Assembly (NCBI GenBank): GCA_965178125.1
Contig: OZ237770.1
Span: 186,001 to 250,000, forward strand
Direction of reading: 5' to 3'
DNA length: 64,000 bases
Source of the DNA: Bilabrum cf. latius
Lineage: Eukaryota
Below are positions 38,115 to 49,700 of the stretch, one piece after another (the first letter of the stretch is position 1; each line of letters begins with the position of its first letter). The position numbers and the translations under genes were made by a program. The notes under the pieces are model-generated. The model was not told where the DNA came from and ran no database searches. It saw nothing but the letters and a program-made list of their open reading frames with translations.

Positions 38115-39482
38115 TCATTGCCCGGTGATCGCCTCGAGGGACCGAGCAAGTGCTCCGTGCTCGCCGTAGCCCTCCTCGCTCTCAGGCTGCAGCCTTGGCT
38201 AGCCCCCCTTCGGCACCTCGTAGCTCGTCGCACCCCTCCTCTGAGTACTGGACCTACCTCCACCGCTCCCTGCAGACCCAGAGAAGGTCCTCTTGAGCTC
38301 GCCGCCGAACTCCAGCCAGCCGTCCGCACTCGTCACACGGCTTCGGCCACGCCGTGGGGCAGCTTCCAGTACCGCAGGGGTGCCCGCATGCACCGGCCGA
38401 GGAGTGTCCGCTTTAATGGAGTCGGAAGATGCCCCTTTCTGCATTGCTGACACAGCAGCGTCGCTGGGAACAACTGGCAGGTCGCTGTGCATGCAAGAGC
38501 TTGATACGAGCTCTTGTGAACCTCCGCCGCGTACCTGCAAACCCTATGCAAAGTACGACGAGCACGGCCCGGCAGTTGGGCCGTCCAGCTGTGTCCCATG
38601 CTCGTGGCAGAGGCTGGCGCTGCTGCAGCTGTTGCACGTGGAGCAGCTGCCGGCATGGATGCAAGAGCGCGCAGATGAATTGCCCCCATCCCCTCGGGGC
38701 ACCCCGGCGTACTTCATCACATGGCTTTTGCCACCCTTCGTGCTCCTGAACCTGCTCACACTCCTCTGCATCGCGTCCAGATCCAGTCGTGGTACCACCG
38801 GGTGCATCGTACTGCGGTATATAAGGGAGACGGGGTCCCGGGAATCGAAACTCGACCGCTCCCCTATGGACGCCGCGCGCTTGTTCCGCTGCGCCGTGTG
38901 AGGATGGTCCACAGAGAGCCTGCCCGCACCAGAGGTGGTGGGGGTTTCAATGCACGTGTGCGCATGCCCCGGTTCTTGGATGGAAAGTCCGGCAATCTGC
39001 AGACATGCCATGCTCGGTGAGAGCTGTGCGTGTGCTCTGTGTGACGACGACGACCCCATACCGCTGCCGGTGGTAGGGGTGCAGGAGGCGGCTAGTGCCG
39101 CAGGGAACGCGTCGTCTGGGACACGGGACGGGCCGCGAGCAGCTGGGGCTCCAATCGTTGAACTGGGCTTGAGCCGGGGCTGCGTTTGGCACGTGGCACC
39201 ACGGGTTGTCTTTCCAGGCGATCGAAGGGAGGGCTACCCCTTCATGTGCGCTGCCAGTGCCCTGTGGCTGCTTGAGTGAGCAGTTGCAGCTGTGGACTGC
39301 GCCCTCTGTGTTGCCGGGTAGGCGACACTTGATTCGGAGGCTCCCGCATGTTTCCATGCTTTGTTCTTTGATCTAGCCTTTCCAATTGATGGTAAGTCAT
39401 CTGCGGTGCCGTCATGTCTTGCACCATGCGGCCTTAGCGTTCGATGCGAATGCCCAGTCTAGCCCCCAGAATCAGTCCTCGC
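38115..39482 (-). CDS. Hypothetical low-complexity protein, last exon; upstream exon probably near 39577-39690
   Basis: One frame runs from the acceptor TTCGCAG at ~39483 through 4 TAGs to TGA at 38115. Confidence 0.5.
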
Positions 39483-39949
39483 CTGCGAATGATATCATGG
39501 GTAATTCATTACTTGTAAAAACGATTTCGAGGCTGAAACCTGAAGCACGCGAAATGCAGTCGCGATTAATACATACTTCGAGCCGCGAAGCAAGTGCAGC
39601 AGCAGCTGCTATTCTTGTCGTGAGGGTCAGGCAACCAGCCCTTCCATAACATGATAAACAAAACATAGTCTCACGCTGTCCTAGCATATATCAGCTGGAG
39701 TTGTGCTCTCAAATTCGCCTGCGAGTAGATTGGGATCAGTTCGGATACCATCCAGTGAGCAGTAGTAGGACCACAAGAGCTGTAATCTCGCGCCCCAGAC
39801 CAGTGGTACAAAGATTACCCAACATAATTAATAGGCAAATTGATTCGGTGCCAAGGGTTCACTCACCGTCCTACAGTCCGTCAAACTTGTTCTGCGTCGG
39901 AGTTGAGAGCCTATGCAAGCAGCTATAGAGTTGCTAACGCATAACGTGG

Positions 39950-40440
39950 TTGATCTACACACAATAGAAAATATCATGACATATTCGACTTCCAATGCTT
40001 GATTGAGCTCACTTCAAGTACAGTTCCGTCATCAGACTGAGCTGCGTGCCAGCTACTTTTTAGCTACGACCCGCACACTCCCATTACACCTTATTAGAGC
40101 TCAAGTATGGCTGAAATTCAAGAAGCAAATACCTACGTGCTGTAAATCAATGCAAGACTGGATTGCACCCCTACAAGAGACTTTATATGAATCCACACAA
40201 AACCGACCCCAGTACAAAATACACGCTACTCCAAGCAACACTAGACAACTTGGCTAGATGCAATCAGACCTCGATTACGACCACATTGCCCGTGCCAACT
40301 TCATATCGGTGCATCCTCACAATCGGCATCCAGGGGCATTGGGGTCCCGCTGCCCGCGAGGGACGATCGTGCCCTTTTGCCGCCTAAGCACCGTGCAGTG
40401 CAGCAACACGTATGAACCCGTGATACAACCATCATGTGCA
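39950..40440 (+). mobile_element. Possible decayed LINE ORF2 C-terminal fragment
   Basis: Lower-GC segment. Frameshifted pieces read LTIGIQGHW...REGRSCPF(C)...YEPVIQPSC, similar to the L.IE.GRW...R.CP.C...E..H...C knuckle of LINE ORF2. Confidence 0.3.
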
Positions 40441-40452
40441 GGCAAACCATCA

Positions 40453-41955
40453 TTATTCATGCCTACCATTCTTGGACCTCCATGCCCAGATCCTCTCCTG
40501 CTCAGCCGCGGCCTCTCTCAGTACCTCCGCCTTGAGATCGTGCCTTAAGCCGGGTGTGTGGAGCAGCCAGCCCTGTGACGAGTACCAAGGCCACTGGTAA
40601 CCCAGCACGCCAGCATACGCTACCGAGCAGATGCCGCTCTTTGCCGTGCTCGCACCACTTTGGCTCGCCTCGAGCAGTTGCTCGGCCCTGTGCTCGCACA
40701 CGGCGTGCTCGTACGGCAGCGATGCGACACGGTTACCGTCTGCACTGGCCTTGGCGACCGCGTCTGCTGCAACACTGTGGCACTTGCTATATGCCAACAG
40801 TCGACGGTATTTCTGCAGTCTCGTGGCATCTGTGGCGTGCTCCTTGTTCTCCCCTCGGGGCCCGTACTTGTTTCGATCAACCGGGGTTCGGCCCGGCTGC
40901 AGCACACCGTATACACCGGGTCGACTTTCCTGCTGCTACTACTGCTACTACTGCCCCAGCTGCCTACTTCTACTGAAATGTTCACCAAACGCCTTGGCTG
41001 CGTGCAAGGCCCCTTCTAATAAAGGCTGGTCACGGAGACCGTGTCCATCATACCTGCGCAGATAGGCTCGCCCGATCCAGTCGCACAGCAGGGTCGCACT
41101 GCGTACCGTTGGTCGCACGAAGAGAACTCCGGAGTTGACCGGGTCTGTCGTGATGACGTCTCGGCTGTTTTCCAGAGTATGTAATTCTGCATCCGTGTGA
41201 TCCTTCTTAGGCGATGTAGTGCTAGATGCAGATTTCTCTGACTTGCGGTCAATGCTGCTGTCGGCTCCGGTGTGTCCGCCGCACTCTCCCATCGATTTCT
41301 CCACGATCGTCTGCAGGTTGCCGTCACCCGCAGCGAGGAAGACGACGTCCAAGTCGCGCCAGATCAACCAACGGGATCTGCGAGTAGCTGTAGCGGATGC
41401 ACTCCTCAAATGACCCGGCTGAAATCCAGCGCTTGCTGCGGTGGCGCATCGCCTGAAAGCGCCTATCGCGGCGGCCTCTCCAAACTGCGCCCCCGAATCC
41501 ACATGGCTGCCGTCCGTCGGCTACGGCACGAACGATTGCATGCCTGGAAATTCTGCCCTTAGCATTAGGATCGGCTTCATGAAATGGGCCTCGCCGAGCG
41601 TGTCTGTGGTGAGGGCTGCAACGCCGTTCAGTGAGCTGATCTTGTCGCCCAGCCAGCACTCGTACCCATGGTGTTTGCAGTAGGATGCAAAATTGTCGAG
41701 AACTGCTCCGCTGAGATCATGCTAGCCTTGATTGAGCGAAAGGATTGCGAATGGCGACGAAGCATTGGTGTGCAACCGAGTGCCAACCACTGATGAAGAC
41801 TGCCAGAAGTAGGCTTTCCACGGCAATGTGACGTGGTGCCTGTACGAAATTAATACAGCAATCATGATCTGCACAAGGACCATGGTGCCAAACATGGCCA
41901 GCGATGAAGCGGAGCAGCTACTTATCGACCGCGGTGGTGGTCGATTACTGTGCAT
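40453..41955 (-). CDS. Type II membrane glycosyltransferase, GT34/GMA12-MNN10-like
   Basis: N-terminal TM segment, NFASYCKHHGY, WLIWRDLDVVF (DxD), VNSGVLFVR, LRDQPLL. One frame through 6 TAGs. Ends TAA TGA. Confidence 0.75.
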
Positions 41956-42149
41956 TTTATCTTTGCGTGCGTTGCCCCTATTGCTGCACTTTACTATAGG
42001 GTGATATACTCATTACTATGTACGAATCATGTCACTCTATCTACGCAATGAAGATCAGACAAATGTCTTGCCGAAATAGATAGTCGGTTCCGCGGCGCAT
42101 TTGGCGCGGCGCCCATTGGATCACTGCGATGACAACACTTCCGTCCAGC

Positions 42150-44703
42150 ATGCGCTCGCTGCGGATACTGCCCGCTGTTTCTGCAGCTTTATTTTTGGGC
42201 GCGTAGGTCGTCTTGGCACTGGGTGCTGATCGTCCAAACATTCTCGTAATTCACTTCGATAGCTTCGCTGGGAGGGATGCTATACTCGATCCAGCATAGG
42301 ACGCGATAAGTCAGCCGAATTTGCAGTCACTCATTGACAATGGCGTGCAATTTACTGATACGTATTTCGCTTCTTCAGAGTGTGTGCCCTCACGCTCTTC
42401 ATGTAAGCGATTGGGTGACTGTATGGCTGGCTGCTCAATTCAGCTCAACAGTTTCGTGCACCGTTACACAGTGTTCAAGCCGCAGTCTGGACTGGAAGGC
42501 ACGTCCATCACATACCTAATGGGTAAGCATGAGTTCTGTTCTATTGTACAGCAACTTTGCGAACGGTCTTGCCGTATGAATCCGTCCAAACTTGATGACC
42601 AGGCCTGGACCCATCCCTAGCAGATACGGCGACATTGGAACGTGGCAGAATGGCGTGGGAGTATCCTGGGAGTTTCCAACCATGTACGAAAGGATGAACT
42701 CGACCGGTCACTACCTGATCGACCAAATCGGCCGCTGGGATCACCGCGACGGCTCCCACTCGACTTCGATGAACCTGAGCGTGAGCGAGCACATATAATG
42801 AATCTAGCCCATCATGAACGCATTGTATACATGCATGTGCATCCCTGCGTTATAGTTCGATTGGAGCACCGCCGCCAACCTGACTCCCATGCTCACTCCC
42901 TCAACCACTCCCATGCTCACTCCATCACTTTCGCAGGGATGGCTCAGGAACGTACCCGGGCTGGACATCCCCAACGAGTACAGGCCAGTGCCCACCATCC
43001 ACAACGACAACGACACGAGGGTGCACGGAGGCGACTGGCACAACGCCGACAAGTCCGTGGCCTGGCTGAAGCAGTACGCTGAAGACCGGAAGTCCGGCAA
43101 GGAGACTCTCCCCTTCTTCTTGTCCTCCGGCTACATCATCCCGCACCCCGCCTTCACCACCAGCCAGTACTACGCCAGCCAAGTCAACCGATCGCGGGTC
43201 ACCATCCCCACTTGGAAGAACTGGGAGGACATGCACCCAGCTGACAGGTACGCGTCCAGCACCAAGTGCATGAGCACGGAGTACTGCGGGGATTGGACCC
43301 CGGAGCAGATCCAGGAGGTCCGGTTCGTCTACAAGGCTATGCTCCTGGAGTGCGACGCAATTCTGGGCGAGCTCCTGAACGCCCTGAAACAGACGGGACT
43401 GGATGAAACCACTCAGATCGTCTACTGGTCGGACCACGGTAAGGAGCCAAAACCCGCTGCAGCGGCCCGATCGATTAGCGCTGTGCTCCCTGGGTCTTGC
43501 TCCGCCCGCTGCCAGCCCATCGTACTTGCTTGACCACTCCACGCAGAGTCGATTTGCATCGCTGCAAGTGGTACATCGCTCTCTCACTCGCCACACACCG
43601 CAGGCGAGCTTGCCATGGAGCACCGGTCCTGGTACAAGGAGCAGCTCTTCGACGGCAGCAGCAGAGTGCCTCTCGTCTGGAGCGGACCCGGAATCAGAAA
43701 GGGGGTCAAGATCGACCGGTGAGGCCAAGTATCTGCCAAGAGCACACGGACTAGATCTAGATTGAATCGGGTCGAAGCTTGGTGCCGCGGCCTAGCAAGC
43801 CGGCACGTCGGGCTCAGAAGGATGCCCGGTTGCAGTCGTACCTGCGCCATCGTACCCTCCAATGCCTACTATACGCCCTTGTGTCTTGTGTCCCCTGTCC
43901 GCAGTCCTGCCTCTCTCCTCGATGTGTACCCCACCATCATGGACCTGGCCGGCATGGAGCATCCTACCGGTGCGCAGTCATTGGACGGTCACACGCTTTA
44001 CCCCGACATCACGGGGCAGGGGCAGCCCACCCACCCGGGGACGGCATTCGCCATGTCGCACACGGACCACCTCCCCGTTGGCTCGTACCTCGTGCGATGG
44101 GAGGATGCAGTCCTATTCTGGTACGAGGGCATGGACCCTGAGGTGCAGCTGTTCAACCTGACGAGCGACCCAGAGCAGCTGCATTCCATCCACGAGACGG
44201 AGCCCGTGCTCCTCGCCAAGATGAAGGGACTGCTCGAAGACGAGTTCAACACCACGGCCATCAACGACCTCGCCATCGCGTGGGACGCGCTGCAGTACCG
44301 AACCTTCATGAACTACTCGGGGAACAAGTACCCAGAGAACCTCAATGCCTCGAACCTTCGCTGGCACAAGTACTACAGCCAGGACCCGGAGAAGTACCTG
44401 ACTATGATTGACAAGTGGCTGCAGGCGAACCCAGCCGCCAGCCTCCTCGACGGAACCAACGGCGCCGCGCATTCCCGCGACGAGTACGGAGTCAGCAGCG
44501 CGGCAAGGATCCGGGTCATGGAATCGACCCGCGCGAGCCTGGACGGAGGCAGGGCGAGCAGCCTCCCCGACTGCACCGGGGGGGCGGCACGGAGCCCCGA
44601 GGTGGCGACCCGGCTGGCCGCCCAGCTGGCTGTTGTGAGGCCCGAGATTCGGGACGGGGACTGCGGTGGCCTGGACGCGGACAGCTACTGGGACTGGGAC
44701 TGA
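42150..44703 (+). CDS. ARSK: Arylsulfatase K-like sulfatase
   Basis: Signal peptide, RPNILVIHFDSFAGR, CVPSRSS, PHPAF, WSDHG|ELAMEHRSWYKEQLFDGSSRVPL, SLLDVYPT, QLFNLTSDPEQL. Several introns. Two TAGs in exon 1. Ends TGA. Confidence 0.8.
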
Positions 44704-44996
44704 AACCTACGACTAGATCCGGATGTGGAGATGCTGCGGTGCAATGCATGGTGACATGGGGGCTTGGGGGCTTGGGGGCCTAGTAGCTTTCTACGGATCA
44801 ATATAAACATGTGGATCTAGATTCCCTGGGCTATTGGCACCAGAGTGCATCATGCTTCGGCCACTGGTATCGGATGGTATACCGCAGCGTGACCACTGCT
44901 GCAATTTTCTGCTTGTTTCGCATTTAGAGTTGGCAATTTCAACTGGTCTCGCAACGCAAGTACGCGGTGTAAACACCCCCGTTACGGATACACTGC

Positions 44997-46145
44997 TCAC
45001 AGCGAGCAGTGCTGCCACACCGGCGGGAACTGCTCGCCCCTCTGCCTATACTCTGCGAGCACCTGCTCGGCCTGCTCGTACACGGCGGTCACATTTGCAC
45101 CGACCATCCCAGGCTTCGTGTGATCAAGGGCTTCAAGGTGGTGACTCTGATGAGCTTCAGAGTCGCTGATGCTCGTGTGAGGTGGCTCGGGCGGGAAATC
45201 CCCGTTGAATAGCTCTTTGTTGGACTGCAGCCACGCCGTGAAATCGCTCCAGTGAGCCGAGTCCTCGTCGCTCCAGATGATGGTGCCGTCGCAGCCCATT
45301 TGCTGCGGCTGCACGAATGACAGCCATGTTTCCTTCGGTTTCAGGTACTGCACATTACCCGTGTGGTACCTGGGCCAGGCGTACGGAAACACCGGCTTGC
45401 CGCCCACAGCGGCCGCGACCTTCTTCGCGTTCAGCAGCGTTGCGTTCACGTACTACTGGTTCCGATCGAACGTTGCATTCGGATAAAACTGGTAGATGGA
45501 CGGAAAGAGCGCATCCACGTCCCTCCAGACCTCTGCGAACTGCATGTTGACCTCGAAAATGCTCGCCCAGTCGCAGCTCCAGTAGCACCGAGTGGGGTGC
45601 CCATAGTATCCAACCTTTGCTTTCGGAATGACCTGGCGTACTGCTGCATTCGTAGCCAGCATGAACTGTACGGCTGCTTTGTTAAAGCTGATTTCGGCCT
45701 TGGAAAAGGCCACTTCGGGCGAGAGACTCGGATCCGCTTTCAATTCGAGCGCTACACTCATGGCCTAGTACAGCGTAGAGCTACCATTGAACTCAGACCA
45801 TGACTCGTAGTCGACCACAGCAAAACCGTCCCAGTTCGAGTCATTGACCCTTGCGCGAACGTCGCGAACAGCCGCTTCAGTGTGCGCAGACAGGTTCGCG
45901 AGCTGTGGCAAGCCGCCATTGCACCACTACTCGGGAGCCGACGCATCATTTTGATCCCGTAATAAAGGGTAATCTCCAAAGTATGTGGTAAAGAGTTCGA
46001 CTGATTTTCGTTTGATCCAGGTGTAGTCCGAGGTGCTGTAGTTGCTCGGTAAGCCTCCCACGTTCCAATAGAATCGGTATGGTGCAGCTGCATACCCTAC
46101 CGATAGACTTGTAACGGACAGCAGGAGCGACATCGTAGCCACCAT
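44997..46145 (-). CDS. Hyaluronidase (GH56)
   Basis: Signal peptide, FYWNV, GDYP, NGGLPQ, GFAVVDYESW (DxE), VGYYGHP, ALFPSIY, PVFPY, GCDGTIIW. One frame through TAGs at 45927, 45765 and 45453. Confidence 0.85.
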
Positions 46146-46760
46146 TACTGCTTTATCAGCACTGAATCTGGGAAGCCACCAAGTTTGGCGCCGCGCATAA
46201 TTCCGGAACCAACGTTTGCGACGACTCGCCGACGAACCAAACTTTGAAGATGAGTGTGTATTGATTGTCTGTTTGCTATTCTGCAAAGTGGACGCATCAC
46301 CTTGACAACCGTTCCATCATTTTATAAGGTTCATTTGGACCGGATCATCTGAGATTGGTGAGGACGACTCGGAGCGTGGTATATGCCATGGACCAAAGCA
46401 AGTAGCCACGGTGTGTCTTCGCACAAGAACGCTGTCTCGATACACGCTTTCAAGGACATGTTATTGAACATGCGTTGTTGCAATCGTTTTACGTGGAACA
46501 ATTTTAGGCCCAAGAGCTTGCATGCTGGTCCAGGGAACCTGTAGCCGAGCACCCAAAGTGTCTGCACCGTACGCGCGAAACCGATTCGATTGGGTTTGCA
46601 TCGTCAGGCCGCATTTAGCGGGTTTTCATCACCCCAAGTTTGGAATCGCTGTTAGAGATTATAACATACTGCATTTCACGCGTATCACCTCTGATCTGTC
46701 TCGCAGTTACCGATGGGACTGCAACATCACGTGTTGAGATCGCTTCAACGCGTCTCATCC

Positions 46761-49700
46761 ATGCTCTCCTTGCTCCTAATCGTTCTCGCGAGTTACGCTG
46801 CGGCTCTTCGTATGACGTTTAATGGACATGCACTTAGACCAGCCGTGGGCTCCATTTCTTCATCTGGTTCGATCTTCTTCAGCGGCATTTCCCGCCATGA
46901 GGACCCCGGAACGATGAATTACTTTGGCAGCCGGGTGGCAGTGACATCGAACCACGCGTTCGCTGTAGACGACGACGATCCACAGAGCTACACAGACCCA
47001 TTCGCATCACCAGCGGACCCCACAAAGTCCCGCTTGTCGGTGTTCGGCATTTCCAAGTCCACGCTGCAGCCGGTTGCCCCAGCCATCGTGCCCAATCTCC
47101 TGGACACGCGCCCCAACAACCAGACAGCACCGCTGGTGGCAGCCCGCAGCGCCCTCGATGCCTGCGTCACCAGTAGCGGCTATGAGTACGTCGCTGCTGC
47201 CTAGGGCGAAGAGGTGCTCGTGTACGTCAGGTGAGGTGATGTGGACACTTCCCACACGCGGCGCGCGCACTCACTCGTTAGGGCCGGGGGTGTGAACACG
47301 CACTGCTCACTTGCCGGCTACTCAGCACCCCAATAACCCTAGCAGTATTCCCAGCTTACTAGTATTTCACGTCACAACCATTCCATTGCGCTATTTTCTT
47401 CCTCTGTGCCTTCATGCCTGGCCCTCGCAGTCGCTCGTCAGACGCGACAGGTGTGTTCCGCTTGCACACCCAGCTCTTCTCCAGCCAGTTCCAGGACAGC
47501 GACGGGGACTCGATGACGATTGACCGCAATAGAATCGATCGGCAGGTGGTGATCGACTGCGCCAACACATCACTCGCCGGGGTGCCCCCCCCCAGGGTCT
47601 ATGTCAGCTCGGGCGGCTCGCTGGAGCAGTGGGAGGACAAGCCTGGCTCCCCCCTCAACGAGGGGTACTGCAACCAGATCATGGAGCTCACATCTACCGA
47701 CGCGGACGGGGGCACCCCATTCGCAGTGCACGACATTTTTGGCTCCGAGTTGAACGCCACCGGCGACAACGCGACGTACTACCTCGGTGACGAGCCCGGG
47801 CTGGACGAGCTGACGTACGAGCCCAATGAGAATGACCCGAACGCGGTGCTGTTTGCCCCTCCTCTCATCAGCGGTGCAAAGCAGAGGGACCATCCGGCCC
47901 TGGGTCGCTTCGACGTCGATGGAGACCATCTGTTCGGAGCGGGCGACGACCCCAGAGTGTCTGTCCATAGATACCAGAGGAACCCCAGCACGCTCAAGTG
48001 GGAGCTGCAGGAGACGATCCAGCACGCCTGCCACGAGGAGAGGGATTACACCAACCTGCCCTCATCAGGGATTGACCTCAGACCGTTCAAGGGTACCACG
48101 ATCGCTGCTGCGGTGAGTCGTGCGCGCACGGATCCAAACTCTCCGATCGCTGAAATACCAACCTTCGCCGTGGGCTGCAGAGCCGAGACGTTCGTTCCAA
48201 CGTCTGCGGACAGCACTCAGGTATCAAACGGACTTGCAGAGGCAACAAGCACTCAGCGTGGGTCTGTCGAGGTCCGTATCTTCCGGAAGGCTGCCTCGAG
48301 GGACCAATGCAGCGGCGAGGAGGGCAGTTTCTGGATGCATGCGGAGCCCTTGGATGTCGAGCCCATCGATCTGATCGGGGGCGAGGTGACCGATGAGGAC
48401 CTGTTCAAGGCACTGGCGCCGCAGGTCCGATTCCTTAAGGAGACTGAGCTGCCGAGCGATGTTTCGGGTGATTTCGAGCGGGACTAGATACAGATATTCA
48501 TCGGTGACCCGGGCTTCAACGGTGCCTCGCGTGACGTCGGGCGCATAGTACTGGCGACTGTCACATTTGGCGAGACCAGCGCAGCTGCGCTTCTATCCTC
48601 GGATGACCTACCGATCACCACAAGCATCAACCGCGTGGTCACCAATTCTTACATCCCTGCAGCGTCGATTGTGGAAGACGCGAACAACCCAGTTCTGACG
48701 GACCAGTACTTTGGTGCTGGGGCCCTGGCCGTGGACTCGTTCGATCGGCCGTTCTACCTCTCCTCGGTCGTGTTGGTGCTTACAACCGTGCCGCAGGGGA
48801 GCCAGCCGTTCATTGCCAGCGTAGGACTCATCGAGGAGCAGGACAGGGTGATTGAAGCCCCCCAAGCGGGGTCATACCCCGCCCCCCCTGTGGGGTTTGC
48901 CAGCACCGGCATACAGGAGGAGGTGCCCAGCTGGAATCAGGCCACGGGCGGCGATGGACGACTCGGTGGGAGCATGGACGCCCACGGCACCTGGCTTGCG
49001 ATGTCCTTCGAGACCAATGTGACCGTGTACTTCAACGCGGAAGCGCCAGATCAAGATGACCCGGCCTCGGATGCGCTCTACGACTCAAGCAGGGGCGTGA
49101 CCCCCGTGTTTCATTCCACGGTCCTCTCGCCCGAGATGGTCCTGGGTAACTCGTTCAGTGCTTGGGAGGAGGACCTGCTGGACACGCAGTATGCGGGGAT
49201 GCTGTGGGGGGGATATCACGCTGACTCCTTCCCGGGATTCGTGCTGAAACAGTCGGACTACAGGGGGTATGCCAGCTTCGTTGGCACTCCGGTCGTCAGG
49301 TTCATCTCCGGGGATCGATCCCCGGACGGACAGCCCAGGCTCGCCGTCCTGCTCACGACGGAGAGGAGGCTGCCCCCGGCTTCCGCCACGGCAATGCTGC
49401 AGGATGGCTCCGCCAGCAGGACGCACCTTGTTGTGCTTAGGCCAAGGCCCAAGGTCCCGGCCAGTGCAGGGAACGATTGGTCTGCGGATTCATCCGACGT
49501 AGATCCAGCGTCTGTGCGGTGGCAGCTCGAGACCTCGACGGAGCTTCCGTCCGATTATCAGATGTGCGTGACTCGCTGCTGGGCCGCTGCAACGACTGGC
49601 ACCATACCCAACGAGTTTGACACCACGAGCGACTGCTCCAGCGGCGCGGACTCCGACTTGTTCTCCGCCCGGAACCAGCCGGCTGCCTGCACCCGGTCGT

